The translations under genes and the position numbers were made by a program. This document shows positions 41,983-51,869 of a stretch of DNA of 64,000 nucleotides, piece after piece; positions within the stretch are counted from its first letter, which is position 1; each line of letters begins with the position of its first letter. This stretch comes from Ilumatobacteraceae bacterium (GTDB taxonomy: Bacteria; Actinomycetota; Acidimicrobiia; Acidimicrobiales; Ilumatobacteraceae), in assembly GCA_031390905.1 (NCBI GenBank), contig JANMTV010000051.1, positions 2,881 to 66,880 on the forward strand, given 5' to 3'. Under the pieces are notes generated by a model. It made no database searches. It was given only the letters and a program-made list of their open reading frames with translations, and had not been told where the DNA came from.

Positions 41983-43149
41983 ATGACCGCAACCTGTGAA
42001 TACACACCCAGTTCTCCGTTGGGAGAGAGGGCGGCGGCAATCGCACCGCTGGCCGACAAATGGGCAGAATACGCCGACGAGCAGGGCAAACTTGCCCCAG
42101 AACTCGTCGATCAGTTGCACGCCGACGGCCTGTTCGGGATGTGGGTACCACAGGAACTCGGTGGGTCCGAGCTCGGGCCGGTCGAGTCGCTGGAAGTGAT
42201 CGAGCAAATTTCATACGGTGACGCCTCCGCCGGCTGGGTGGTGATGGCCGCCAGCCTGTCGATCGGCACAGCTGGTGCATACCTCAACGACGACGCCGCG
42301 AAGGCACTGTTCAGAGGCGACCGAATGCCGGTGATTGCCGGACAAGGAACTCGGCCAGGCACGGCTGTGACCGAAGGTGACGGGTACCGGCTGAGCGGCT
42401 CGTGGAGTTTCGGCTCCGGGCTCCTGCACAGCACACATGTGCATTCGCTCGGCATCATCCAGGAGACCGGCGAGCCACGGATCTTCGTGACGCCAATCGA
42501 AGACGTCACCCTGCTCGGTAACTGGGACGTACTCGGCCTGCGAGGCACCGGCTCGGTGGACTACTCGATGGATTCCGTCTTCGTCCACGGCGATTACACC
42601 CACTTCGCCGTCACCGAACAGGGCAAGCGGGGTGGCAGCCTCTATCACGTCGGCATCATCGGGTTCGCAGAGATGTGTCATTCGGGTTGGGCTCTCGGTC
42701 TCGGGCGTCGGATGCTCGACGAGCTGGCTGAACTGACCTCGCAGAAGGCCGGCCGAGCCGGCTCGAGCGGTGCCAGCGACTCGTTCGTCGAGGGCTTCGC
42801 CAACGCAGAAGGTACGTTCCGGGCCGCCCGCGCCTTCGTGCACGGAGTCTGGGCGGACGCCGCCGCAACGCTTGCTACCGGCGCACATCTTTCGACCGAG
42901 CAGCACACGTTGATCCGGCTGGCGCTGACCCACGTCACGCACGCGTTACACGAGGTCGCCAACCACGTGTACCTCGCGGCAGGAACCACGTCGCTGCGCC
43001 GCGGCCGGTTGCAGCAGATGATGCGCGACGTGCATGCCGGCACGCAGCACATCACGTCGTCTCCGATGGTCGTCCAGAATGTCGGCCGCATGCTGTCGGG
43101 TGCCACGTCCGGTAAGAAGTGGCAGTTCCTCGACCTCGTCGACGCATGA
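41983..43149 (+). CDS. Acyl-CoA dehydrogenase-like flavin monooxygenase (HsaA-like)
   Basis: GDASAGW, LSGSWSFGSG, NWDVLGLRGTGS, RDVHAGTQH. Confidence 0.85.
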   Translation: MTATCEYTPSSPLGERAAAIAPLADKWAEYADEQGKLAPELVDQLHADGLFGMWVPQELGGSELGPVESLEVIEQISYGDASAGWVVMAASLSIGTAGAYLNDDAAKALFRGDRMPVIAGQGTRPGTAVTEGDGYRLSGSWSFGSGLLHSTHVHSLGIIQETGEPRIFVTPIEDVTLLGNWDVLGLRGTGSVDYSMDSVFVHGDYTHFAVTEQGKRGGSLYHVGIIGFAEMCHSGWALGLGRRMLDELAELTSQKAGRAGSSGASDSFVEGFANAEGTFRAARAFVHGVWADAAATLATGAHLSTEQHTLIRLALTHVTHALHEVANHVYLAAGTTSLRRGRLQQMMRDVHAGTQHITSSPMVVQNVGRMLSGATSGKKWQFLDLVDA

Positions 43150-43799
43150 GTAACGATCGACGACAGTTCGATGCGCTACTGCTCGACATCGGTGACGTGA
43201 TTACCGCCCCGATCTGGGATCAACTCGACGAACTCGAACAGATCACCGGCCGCTGCTTCGTCGGCCGTGGCCCACTCGCTCCCGAAGATGACCAACTCTG
43301 GCGGCGGTACACATCTGGCGAGCTGACCTTTTACGACTACTGGCGTGAGTACGCCACCGCAGCTGGTTACACCGACTGGCGCGACCTGTTCCGGGAACTC
43401 ACGGTCCATCTTCCCCATCGGTTCGGCGATCTCGATGCCTACGCGTTGATGGCTGACGCGCGAGCCGCCGGTTACAAAGTTGGCGTACTCACCAACGACG
43501 GTGTCGGGATCGGCGGTCACGATTTCTTCTCGAATCTTCGGGAGTTCCAACTACTCGATGCCTTCGTCGATGCCCGTCAGTTCGGGTCAGCCAAACCCGA
43601 TCCGGAACCCTATTTACGAGCTGCCGAAGCGCTCGACACGCCGATCGAACGAATCGTCTTTCTCGACGATGCCCAATATTGCATCGACGGAGCCCGCGCT
43701 GTCGGCATGACCGGAGTGTTGGTCGACCCTGTCGACAAGTTGCCGGCGTTCGAACGGACCCGGGCGCTGCTCGGACTATCTCGCGTCTCGATCGTCTGA
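43146..43799 (+). CDS. HAD-superfamily hydrolase
   Basis: LLLDIGDV, GVLTND, KPDPEPY, FLDD. Confidence 0.85.
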   Translation: MSNDRRQFDALLLDIGDVITAPIWDQLDELEQITGRCFVGRGPLAPEDDQLWRRYTSGELTFYDYWREYATAAGYTDWRDLFRELTVHLPHRFGDLDAYALMADARAAGYKVGVLTNDGVGIGGHDFFSNLREFQLLDAFVDARQFGSAKPDPEPYLRAAEALDTPIERIVFLDDAQYCIDGARAVGMTGVLVDPVDKLPAFERTRALLGLSRVSIV

Positions 43800-43845
43800 T
43801 GGGATGCAGGCTTGGTTGCGGGCAGGTTGACGATCCCATGACAGA

Positions 43846-44793
43846 GTGGACGTCGTGACCGACAACGCGTTCCGAGTGGCCGCTGTGCAGGCAGCCCCCG
43901 TCTTTCTCGACGCCGGCGCGTCCACCGACAAGGCGTGCGGCTTGATCGCCGAAGCGGGACGACAGGGGGTGCAACTCGCTGCGTTCGGCGAGACCTGGCT
44001 GCCTGGCTATCCCCGTTGGGTCAACTCCCCGATACACGTCAACCTCAAACGCACGATCGGTGGCCGCTATCTCGATGCCGCGATCACGGTGCCAGGGCCC
44101 GAGACAGAACGGCTCTGCGCTGCCGCCCGAGACGCCGGCATCGATGTCGTGATCGGTGTGGCCGAGCGGGACGCGTTGACGAGTGGAACCGTGTATTGCA
44201 CGCTCGTCTTCATCTCGTCAGACGGTGAGATCATCGGCAAGCACCGCAAGCTCAAGCCGACGTACGGAGAGCGCTTCGCGTGGGGCGAAGGCGACGGGTC
44301 CGGCCTTCGGGCATGGCAGCGGCCATACGCCAGGATTAGTGGACTCAACTGCTGGGAGCACAACATGGTGCTGCCGGGCTACGCCCTGATCGCAGACGGT
44401 ACCCAGGTTCACGTCGCCGCCTTTCCCGGATACGAGAGCACGCGACAACTGGTGCTCTCGCGGGCGTTCGCTTCGCAGGCAGCGGCCTACGTCATCGTCG
44501 CCGGAGGAATCCTCGACGCCAACGACATCGACGACGCCGAGCTGCGAGACGCAATCTCGATGCTCCCGCCCATGACTGGTGATAGCTACATCATCGATCC
44601 GAGCGGCGAGGTGATCACCGGGCCTGCCCTCGGCGAGACGCTGTTGATCGCCGACATCTCGCTGGAAAAGGTGCGCGAGTCGAAAGCGTTGTGTGACACG
44701 GCCGGGCACTACTCGCGGCCCGACGTGCTGCGACTCGTGATCGACCGAACTCCGGCGCGCCGCCTGATCGAGACCGCTGGAGAAGGGTCGTGA
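43846..44793 (+). CDS. Nitrilase (carbon-nitrogen hydrolase)
   Basis: FGETWLPGYP, HRKLKPTYGER, LNCWEH: E-K-C triad; DTAGHYSRPDV. Confidence 0.92.
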   Translation: MDVVTDNAFRVAAVQAAPVFLDAGASTDKACGLIAEAGRQGVQLAAFGETWLPGYPRWVNSPIHVNLKRTIGGRYLDAAITVPGPETERLCAAARDAGIDVVIGVAERDALTSGTVYCTLVFISSDGEIIGKHRKLKPTYGERFAWGEGDGSGLRAWQRPYARISGLNCWEHNMVLPGYALIADGTQVHVAAFPGYESTRQLVLSRAFASQAAAYVIVAGGILDANDIDDAELRDAISMLPPMTGDSYIIDPSGEVITGPALGETLLIADISLEKVRESKALCDTAGHYSRPDVLRLVIDRTPARRLIETAGEGS

Positions 44794-45725
44794 CGCGCTT
44801 CACGGACCTGGTCGGATGCAAGCATCCGATTCAACTGGCCGCAATGTCACGAACGGCCACACCGGCGTTGGCCGCAGGAATCTCCAATCTTGGCGGGCTC
44901 GGCATGTTGGCGATGGGTCGCCCGACCCGAGCAGCGGCGCGGGCCCAGGTCGACGACGTACTTGCACTCACTGACCGCCCGGTCGGCGCCGGATTCATCG
45001 TGCTGTTCCTCGACCGCCAGATCCTTGAAGACGTCGCTGCCAGACTTCCGGTAATCGAATTCTTCTGGGGTTGGCCAGATCCCAAGTTGGTGTTGCCTGA
45101 CGTGATCACCGGATGGCAGGTCGGCACCGTCGATGAAGCCAAGGCTGCCGTTGACGCCGGATGTCAATACGTGGTCGCCCAGGGTGTCGAAGCTGGCGGC
45201 CACGTGCGGGGAGTGATTCCGCTTGCAGAATTGATTCCCGCCGTTCGGGCAGCCGTCGGCATCCCGGTCGTCGCCGCTGGCGGAATCGGTACCGCCGCAG
45301 CCGTGCGTGTTGCCCTCTTGCGCGGCGCCGATGCCGTGCGGATTGGAACACGGTTCGTTGCGACAGTCGAATCAGATGCGCACGATCATTATGTCGATCT
45401 GCTCATCCGATCGACGGCTGCCGACACCGTTCTGACGAGGCGATTCGATGTCGGATGGCCCGATGCACCCGTTCGAGTGCTGACGTCGGCGCTCGTCGCT
45501 GCCGAGCAGTCGCCAGACGGGACGGTCGCCCAAATGGCGATGCCGGACGGATCAATTGCCGAGATCCCGAGGTTCTCGACAACTCCCCCCAACCGTACGA
45601 CGACCGGCAACCTCGATGCCATGGCGCTGTACGCCGGCACCAGCGTCGACGCTGTCACCGGGCGAACCACGCTCGCCAGCGTGATGAACGAACTGCTCGT
45701 CGGCACCAGCCCAGCCGAGGCCTAG
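44790..45725 (+). CDS. Nitronate monooxygenase family flavoprotein
   Basis: PIQLAAM, QGVEAGGH, VAAGGIG, AVRIGTRF. Confidence 0.88.
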   Translation: MTRFTDLVGCKHPIQLAAMSRTATPALAAGISNLGGLGMLAMGRPTRAAARAQVDDVLALTDRPVGAGFIVLFLDRQILEDVAARLPVIEFFWGWPDPKLVLPDVITGWQVGTVDEAKAAVDAGCQYVVAQGVEAGGHVRGVIPLAELIPAVRAAVGIPVVAAGGIGTAAAVRVALLRGADAVRIGTRFVATVESDAHDHYVDLLIRSTAADTVLTRRFDVGWPDAPVRVLTSALVAAEQSPDGTVAQMAMPDGSIAEIPRFSTTPPNRTTTGNLDAMALYAGTSVDAVTGRTTLASVMNELLVGTSPAEA

Positions 45726-45758
45726 GAGCCGGTACAAGACCAGGAGCATCAAACCGAT

Positions 45759-46460
45759 ATGACGAGGACCATCGTGATCACCGGAGCGAACCGAGGGCTC
45801 GGTCTCGCACTCGCACGCGCCTACGCCCACCGGGGCGACAAGGTGATCGCCGGTTGTCGCATGCCGTCAATGGCCAACGAGCTGGCTGCTGTGACGCCGC
45901 ACGTTCACACCCTCGACGTCGGCGATGAACAATCGATCAATGCGTTTGTCACCGCCTTCGGCGATCGCACCGTCGACATCCTGATCAACAATGCAGGCAT
46001 CGACGCCCGCAACCTTGGCGTCGCCGACAGCGACCGTGACGTGCTGACCCAGTCGGGCGATCACATACTGGATCAGATCCGTGTCAACGCCGTCGGACCG
46101 ATGCTCGTAGCCCGAGGTTTGGTCGCCAATCTGCGTCGGTCTGACAGTCCCCGGATCATCAACGTGTCATCGCAGGTCGGCTCGATGGTCGTCGGCGCAG
46201 GCATGGGTCGCGACGTCGGCTACGCCGTGTCCAAAGCGGCACTCAACATGATCACGGTCAAGTTGGCGGCGCGCCTCACGGACGACGGAATCATCGTCCT
46301 GGCGCTTCACCCCGGTTATCTCCGCACCCAAATGGGCGGCACCACTGCCCCCTTGGGTCCTGATCAAGCAGCCACCGAGATCGTGCAGTTGGTCGACAGC
46401 CTCACGATCGACGATTCCGGCAGCTTCAAAAGGTGGGATGGCACCGAGCACCCCTGGTAA
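45759..46460 (+). CDS. Short-chain dehydrogenase/reductase (CsgA-like)
   Basis: ITGANRGLG, LINNAG, YAVSKAALN, LHPGYLRTQMG. Confidence 0.92.
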   Translation: MTRTIVITGANRGLGLALARAYAHRGDKVIAGCRMPSMANELAAVTPHVHTLDVGDEQSINAFVTAFGDRTVDILINNAGIDARNLGVADSDRDVLTQSGDHILDQIRVNAVGPMLVARGLVANLRRSDSPRIINVSSQVGSMVVGAGMGRDVGYAVSKAALNMITVKLAARLTDDGIIVLALHPGYLRTQMGGTTAPLGPDQAATEIVQLVDSLTIDDSGSFKRWDGTEHPW

Positions 46461-46581
46461 CGCCGGTTGGTCAAACCGTGGGATGAGCCGTCCCTGAGCT
46501 GACCGGCAATCGTTCACCGTGTTCGTCACAGCGGGACGCGTCCCTTCCTCGGGAACGGTTCGATACGACATACTGAACCCC

Positions 46582-47664
46582 ATGACGTTCTTACAAAACA
46601 CCTGGTACGTGGCGATGTGGGGGCAGGATCTGGAACCTGGCGAACTGACCCAACGGGTGATTTGCGATCAACCGATCGCTCTGTTCCGGAAGGCCGATGG
46701 AATGGCGGCGGCGATCGCCGACCAGTGTGCTCACCGGTTCGCACCTCTCAGTCGCGGCAAGGTGTGTGGCGACAAGGTCGAGTGTCCCTACCACGGCCTC
46801 CAGTTCGACGAGAACGGGACCTGTGTTGTCAATCCGCACGGCAGCGGTCGAATCCCATCCTCGTTGAACATTCGCTCGTATCCGATTGTCGAACGCCACA
46901 CGATCCTGTGGATCTGGTTGGGTGATCAACCGGCTGATACCAGCCTGATCCCCGACTATTCACATCTCGACGACAACGCCCCCGGGGTCGTGTCGAAGCG
47001 CGACTCGATGGTGATCGATGTCGACTACCGGCTGATGGCAGACAACCTGCTCGATCTGAGCCACGTCAACTATCTTCACGACGGTCTGCTCGGCAACGCC
47101 GAACTGGTCAGTGCCGATGTCGACATCCATCAGGACGGCGACACGCTCTACGTCACGCGCACCTCGCGGAATGTCACACCGCCGCTGATGTTCGACCTGA
47201 TGTACCGCAACGACAGCATGCCGGTCGATACATGGGCCGAGATGCGATGGGATGCGCCCGGTTGTTTGCGCAACCACGCCGGCGTCACGCAACCGGGGGA
47301 AACTCGCGAGCAGGGCATGACGGTGATTGGTTCGCATCTGCTGACTCCGATCTCCGCCACGCAGATGCGCTACCACATCGCTGCCGTTCAACTCGGTGGA
47401 CCTCCTGTCGGCGAAACCGACGCTGAGATTGCCGAGCGACTCAGCACGCTTCGACGATTCGCCTTCGAGCAGCAGGATCTCCCGATGGTGGAGGCTCAAC
47501 AACGGGCGTACGACCGCGCCGGTGGCCCCGAGAATCTGAAGCCGATCATGCTCTCGATCGACGCCGGTCCGCTGCGGGCGCGTCGCATCTTGGAACGCAG
47601 GATTGCCGAGGAAGCAGCACCAGTATCGGTTGTCGTCGGCGGCCGTCAACCTACGCCGGTCTGA
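46582..47664 (+). CDS. Rieske non-heme iron oxygenase, VanA/DdmC (O-demethylase)-like
   Basis: CAHRFAPL and CPYHG (Rieske), DNLLDLSHVNYLH (Fe site), QQDLPMVEAQ. Confidence 0.9.
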   Translation: MTFLQNTWYVAMWGQDLEPGELTQRVICDQPIALFRKADGMAAAIADQCAHRFAPLSRGKVCGDKVECPYHGLQFDENGTCVVNPHGSGRIPSSLNIRSYPIVERHTILWIWLGDQPADTSLIPDYSHLDDNAPGVVSKRDSMVIDVDYRLMADNLLDLSHVNYLHDGLLGNAELVSADVDIHQDGDTLYVTRTSRNVTPPLMFDLMYRNDSMPVDTWAEMRWDAPGCLRNHAGVTQPGETREQGMTVIGSHLLTPISATQMRYHIAAVQLGGPPVGETDAEIAERLSTLRRFAFEQQDLPMVEAQQRAYDRAGGPENLKPIMLSIDAGPLRARRILERRIAEEAAPVSVVVGGRQPTPV

Positions 47665-47686
47665 AGCCGCCCAGCGACCTGCGCAG

Positions 47687-48490
47687 CTACTTGCGGCGAC
47701 GGGGCAATCGGTAGTCGCCGCTTTCGAGCGCCACAGTGAGTTTGCGAGCAGCGGACTGCAGCACGCTGACGTGATGCGACTCGCCGTCGGTGACTCGTGA
47801 CGTCGGACCGATCATCGAGATCGCCGCCACCACCGGACCATTCACCGACGATCGCACAGGAACAGCGAGCGAACTCATTCCGATCTCGGTCTCGTCGATA
47901 CTGCGGGCATACCCGCGCTCACGAACCTTCACGATTTCTGATCGCAGGACATCGGGCACGACGATCGTGTAACCGGTGCTGCGCGGCAGGCCTGCGGCCA
48001 GTCGCGCCTCCAACACCCCGGGGACGAATGCCGCCAACACCTTGCCGGCGCTCGAACGATGGATCGGGCCGCGACGCGAGTTATCGGTTGCGTATCTCAG
48101 TGCGCGAACGCCCTCGACGCGCTCGACGTACACGACGTCGCCGCCGACCGGGATCCCGACCTGTACCGTTTCACCAAGCGCTGTACGTAACTCGACGAGT
48201 AACGGGAGGGCATGCTCGCCTACTGCTGAGCGCCCTGCAGCGAGGTGTCCGTACTCGATCAGCCGCAGGCCAAGCCGGTATTTTCCGGCCTCGGTTCGCG
48301 TCAGCATTCCAGCGTTGGTCAACACGGCGCATGTTCGGTGCGCCGTACTTTTGGCAACGCCGACACGTCGCGCCAACTCACTCAGACTCAGTTCGGGTGC
48401 AGCCGCTAGCGAGTCGAGCACACCCAACGCGATCGTGACCGATTGAAGTGCCGGTTTCTTGGCTACCGACGTGCCGGTGGCGAGAGTCAT
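47687..48490 (-). CDS. IclR family regulator
   Basis: LSELARRVGVAKSTAHR, ERGYA, SSLAVPV, AAISMIGP. Confidence 0.92.
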   Translation of the reverse strand: MTLATGTSVAKKPALQSVTIALGVLDSLAAAPELSLSELARRVGVAKSTAHRTCAVLTNAGMLTRTEAGKYRLGLRLIEYGHLAAGRSAVGEHALPLLVELRTALGETVQVGIPVGGDVVYVERVEGVRALRYATDNSRRGPIHRSSAGKVLAAFVPGVLEARLAAGLPRSTGYTIVVPDVLRSEIVKVRERGYARSIDETEIGMSSLAVPVRSSVNGPVVAAISMIGPTSRVTDGESHHVSVLQSAARKLTVALESGDYRLPRRRK

Positions 48491-48798
48491 ACGGTTCCGA
48501 CGATGATCGAATTAGGATCGACCGTTACCGGGCTCTCGAAGTACTCGACAGTCGGCGAGGCACCGAACCGCTCGGTCAAGCGCTCACGCCACGCCTCGTT
48601 GTACACGGCTTCGGCTGCCGCCTTGGTCTCCCAGAGGTAGACGCCCCCGCCTACGGTGCCACCCTCGCCCAGCAGGTAGTGCTTGCGCAACAGCCCAGGC
48701 AACCCCTGATACGAGGGAGCGCTAGCTTCAAAGGACGCCCGCACCGCGTCAGCCGACATCGCTGAGTCAAGTGGAAAGCGAACGATCGCAATAATCAC
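48487..48798 (-). CDS. YdhR-like small putative monooxygenase
   Basis: YQGLPGLLRKHYL, GGGVYLWET. Confidence 0.75.
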   Translation of the reverse strand: MIIAIVRFPLDSAMSADAVRASFEASAPSYQGLPGLLRKHYLLGEGGTVGGGVYLWETKAAAEAVYNEAWRERLTERFGASPTVEYFESPVTVDPNSIIVGTV

Positions 48799-48866
48799 GG
48801 TGTTGACGTTAGTTCGCTGCGTTCGCCCACGACGAACGCTAGGTCCTGAGCGTCCGACGAACGACG

Positions 48867-49727
48867 TCAGGCCCGAGAATCTATTGATTCCAGGAATCGA
48901 GTCAGCTCGTCGCGGTAACTCGCAGATGTGGGCAGGTACTCACGAATGCCATGCGGCGCACCGGCGACCTCGATGATCCGAGCATGCGGCACACCCTCCT
49001 GAAAGCGCGCCGACTCATCGGGCGTCAGTGCAGGACCCATTGCCGGGTCAGCCCGCAAGATCGTGACCGGCACAGCGATCGGTCGTGCAGGATTCCATCC
49101 GGCGAGCGCCGTGCCATCGATCGCCGTGTCCCACACACCCGGATCGCAGGCGAGGAACGATTCGACCTTGGCGTCGATGGTTGCGGACGAGACTTCGTCG
49201 GACCATCGACCACCACCGGCACCGCGCTGTTCCGAGAGATATGCGCGGACCGCCGCCGGAGATGCGCCAGTGCCCTGCAACCGTTGCATCTCGGATCGCA
49301 AGTACCGGAACACATTGGCGAATGGAGTCGCCGCGAACACGCCGGGTTGCCCGTGGTACAGGGGCGGATCTTCGGCGAACACGCCACTCACGAGGTCGGG
49401 TCGGGCACCCGCCAGATACACGGCAACTGCACCGCCCAGCGAATGGCCCACAACGACAACCGGCTCGGACATCGTTTCGAGCAATGCGATCACGTCGCTG
49501 GCGTAGTGCTCGATGACGTACGTATCGGGCACCCGATCCGACTGGCCGTGACCTCGTAGATCGATCGCCGCGATGTTCCAACGCGGCGACAGACCGTGGC
49601 CGAGTTCCTCGTAGTGCGCCGAGCACGCTGACAGACCGTGGATCAACAACACGTCGCAGTCGGTGTCACTCCCCCATCGGCGCACGCCGAGCGTTGGTCC
49701 CCCAGGTACCGAGAATCGGCTGATCAT
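48867..49727 (-). CDS. Alpha/beta hydrolase
   Basis: LIHGLS, DLRGHGQS, GHSLGG, APHGI; ATGA overlap with amidase stop. Confidence 0.88.
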   Translation of the reverse strand: MISRFSVPGGPTLGVRRWGSDTDCDVLLIHGLSACSAHYEELGHGLSPRWNIAAIDLRGHGQSDRVPDTYVIEHYASDVIALLETMSEPVVVVGHSLGGAVAVYLAGARPDLVSGVFAEDPPLYHGQPGVFAATPFANVFRYLRSEMQRLQGTGASPAAVRAYLSEQRGAGGGRWSDEVSSATIDAKVESFLACDPGVWDTAIDGTALAGWNPARPIAVPVTILRADPAMGPALTPDESARFQEGVPHARIIEVAGAPHGIREYLPTSASYRDELTRFLESIDSRA

Positions 49728-51136
49728 CTGGGGTTCTCTGGTCGGTGATGTGACCATGGCGATGCCGCTTCGAGAGAGCTGGCAACTTGAATCAGAATGT
49801 CGTCGCGACCGTAGGCAGCAGTGAGTTGGACACCGCGAGGCAACCCATCGGACGGCCATCCGAGCGGAAGTGAAATCGCCGGTTGGCCAGTCACGTTGAT
49901 CGGGCGCGTGAAGGCGCTGCCGAGTCCTGACACGTAGTTCGTGAGGTAGTCACCGAGCGGCATCGCCGCTGTCGGCGTGGTCGGGGTGACAAGCAGATCA
50001 AAATCATCCCACCACAACAATGCGCGGCGGGAGATGTCCTGCAGACGACCGATCAGTTCGAACAGATCGACCCCTGACAGGGCGTTGCCTGCCTGCACCA
50101 CCGCCCAGGTCCTCGGTTCGAGATCGGCCTCACCAAGAGGGCGGCCGATCCGGCTCTGCCAACTAGCGGCATCGGCAGCGACCGATACGCCCAGTGCGGT
50201 ACGGGCCGACTGCCACAGTTCGTCTGACGACAATTCAGCTGGAGCCGCGACCTCGACTCGATGCCCCATCGACTCGAGCAATCGAGCCGTGTCTGTGGCA
50301 GCACTGGCGGATTCGCTGTCGACCGTGACACCCTCGGTCTGGCCGGCGTTGAATGCTTCGGTCCAAACGCCAATCCGGAGCACACCAGGGTCGGTACCAA
50401 CGACGGAGGCGAGTGACTCCGAACATCCTGGCGCGGGCCACCAGGGCGACCGGTCTGTGAACAGATCGACGAGTGCAGCGGTGTCACGAACGGTTCGTGT
50501 CAGCACGCCTTCGGAGAACATGCCCGTCGCTGGATCGGTATCGCTGGCAACCACTCGCCCACGCGTCGGTTTCAACCCGACCAGCCCGCACATCGCCGCC
50601 GGTATCCGAATCGACCCCGAGATGTCATTGCCGTGAGCGGCCGGAACGATCCGTGCTGCAATCGCGGCGGCCGAACCACCGGAGGACCCGCCTGGTGACC
50701 GAGACAGATCCCACGGGTTGTGGGTAGGCCCGTAGAGCGTGGGCTCGGTCGTCCCCATCGCAGCAAGCTGCGGGACATTCGTGCGACCAATCGGGATCAG
50801 ACCACCCTGACGCGCTCGCAGCGCAAACCGACTGTCGGTTCGCGCCCGATAGCCGAGGCCGAGCAACGTCGGTACACCGGCGTGATACGACTCACCCGCT
50901 TCACGACCCTTGTAATCCTTGAAGAGGAACGGCACGCCGGCGAACGGTGCATCGTGTTCGATCCGTTCCGCGTCGGCGCGAGCCCGCTCGAACTGACGAT
51001 GAATGACCGCATTCAACAACGGGTTGAGACGTTCGACTCGTTCGATCGCGGCCTCAACCAACTCACGCGGATGCACCTGCCTGCGGTGAATGAGGTCCGC
51101 CAGCGCTGTTGCATCAAACTCGTCGTACCCGTGCAT
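49724..51136 (-). CDS. Amidase-signature family amidase
   Basis: PFLFKD, GRTNVPQ, GGSSGGSAAA, GNDISGSIRIPA. Confidence 0.93.
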   Translation of the reverse strand: MHGYDEFDATALADLIHRRQVHPRELVEAAIERVERLNPLLNAVIHRQFERARADAERIEHDAPFAGVPFLFKDYKGREAGESYHAGVPTLLGLGYRARTDSRFALRARQGGLIPIGRTNVPQLAAMGTTEPTLYGPTHNPWDLSRSPGGSSGGSAAAIAARIVPAAHGNDISGSIRIPAAMCGLVGLKPTRGRVVASDTDPATGMFSEGVLTRTVRDTAALVDLFTDRSPWWPAPGCSESLASVVGTDPGVLRIGVWTEAFNAGQTEGVTVDSESASAATDTARLLESMGHRVEVAAPAELSSDELWQSARTALGVSVAADAASWQSRIGRPLGEADLEPRTWAVVQAGNALSGVDLFELIGRLQDISRRALLWWDDFDLLVTPTTPTAAMPLGDYLTNYVSGLGSAFTRPINVTGQPAISLPLGWPSDGLPRGVQLTAAYGRDDILIQVASSLEAASPWSHHRPENPR

Positions 51137-51148
51137 CGTTTGATTCTG

Positions 51149-51829
51149 TCAGTACGGGACTCGCCCGCCATTGACGAGCATGGTTTGACCCGAGACGAAC
51201 GCCGAGTCGTCTGACATCAAGTAACAGAACGTGCCAAGCAGATCGGCAGGTTGCATCACTCGCCCGAGCGGCGTGCGTGACGGGTCGTACGTGCCGAGGG
51301 TCGCTGACCCTGGGGTCGGAGTGAAGCCAGGGGCGACGCAGTTGACTCGAATGCGGCGTTCGCCGAGTTCGTTCGCCAAGCCACGAGTCAGTGAAACAAC
51401 AGCGCCCTTCGAGGCGACATAGTGGACGAATCCGTGCGATCCGGTGAACGCTGTCTCGGAGGCAACGTTGACGATGCTGGCACCTTCACCCATGTATCGA
51501 ACGGCGGCCCGACTGCACAGGAACGAGCCCTTCACGTTGACCGCGAACATCCGATCCCAATCATCGCCCGTGATGCCCTCGATCGAGCTACGAGTGCCGA
51601 TCAGCGCTGCATTATTGAGAAGCCCGGTGATCGGACCGACAGCGCCGATCTCGGAAAAGACGGCATCGACCTGGTCCTCGTCTGACACGTCACAACGAAC
51701 GTCAGCCCCCGCAGACACGTCGAGCGTGACAACCTCCGCGCCCCGTGCCTGGAACTCTGCCGCAGCCTCCGCCCCAATCCCCCGCGCCCCACCAGTAACC
51801 ACAATCCGCTTGCTCGCCAACGACAACAC
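51149..51829 (-). CDS. Short-chain dehydrogenase/reductase
   Basis: VTGGARGIG, LLNNAA, YVASKGA, RVNCVAPG; start reassigned. Confidence 0.92.
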   Translation of the reverse strand: MLSLASKRIVVTGGARGIGAEAAAEFQARGAEVVTLDVSAGADVRCDVSDEDQVDAVFSEIGAVGPITGLLNNAALIGTRSSIEGITGDDWDRMFAVNVKGSFLCSRAAVRYMGEGASIVNVASETAFTGSHGFVHYVASKGAVVSLTRGLANELGERRIRVNCVAPGFTPTPGSATLGTYDPSRTPLGRVMQPADLLGTFCYLMSDDSAFVSGQTMLVNGGRVPY

Positions 51830-51869
51830 GGCCTCCTCGGTCCCAGTCGATCTCCGGTTCAAAGTCTCG

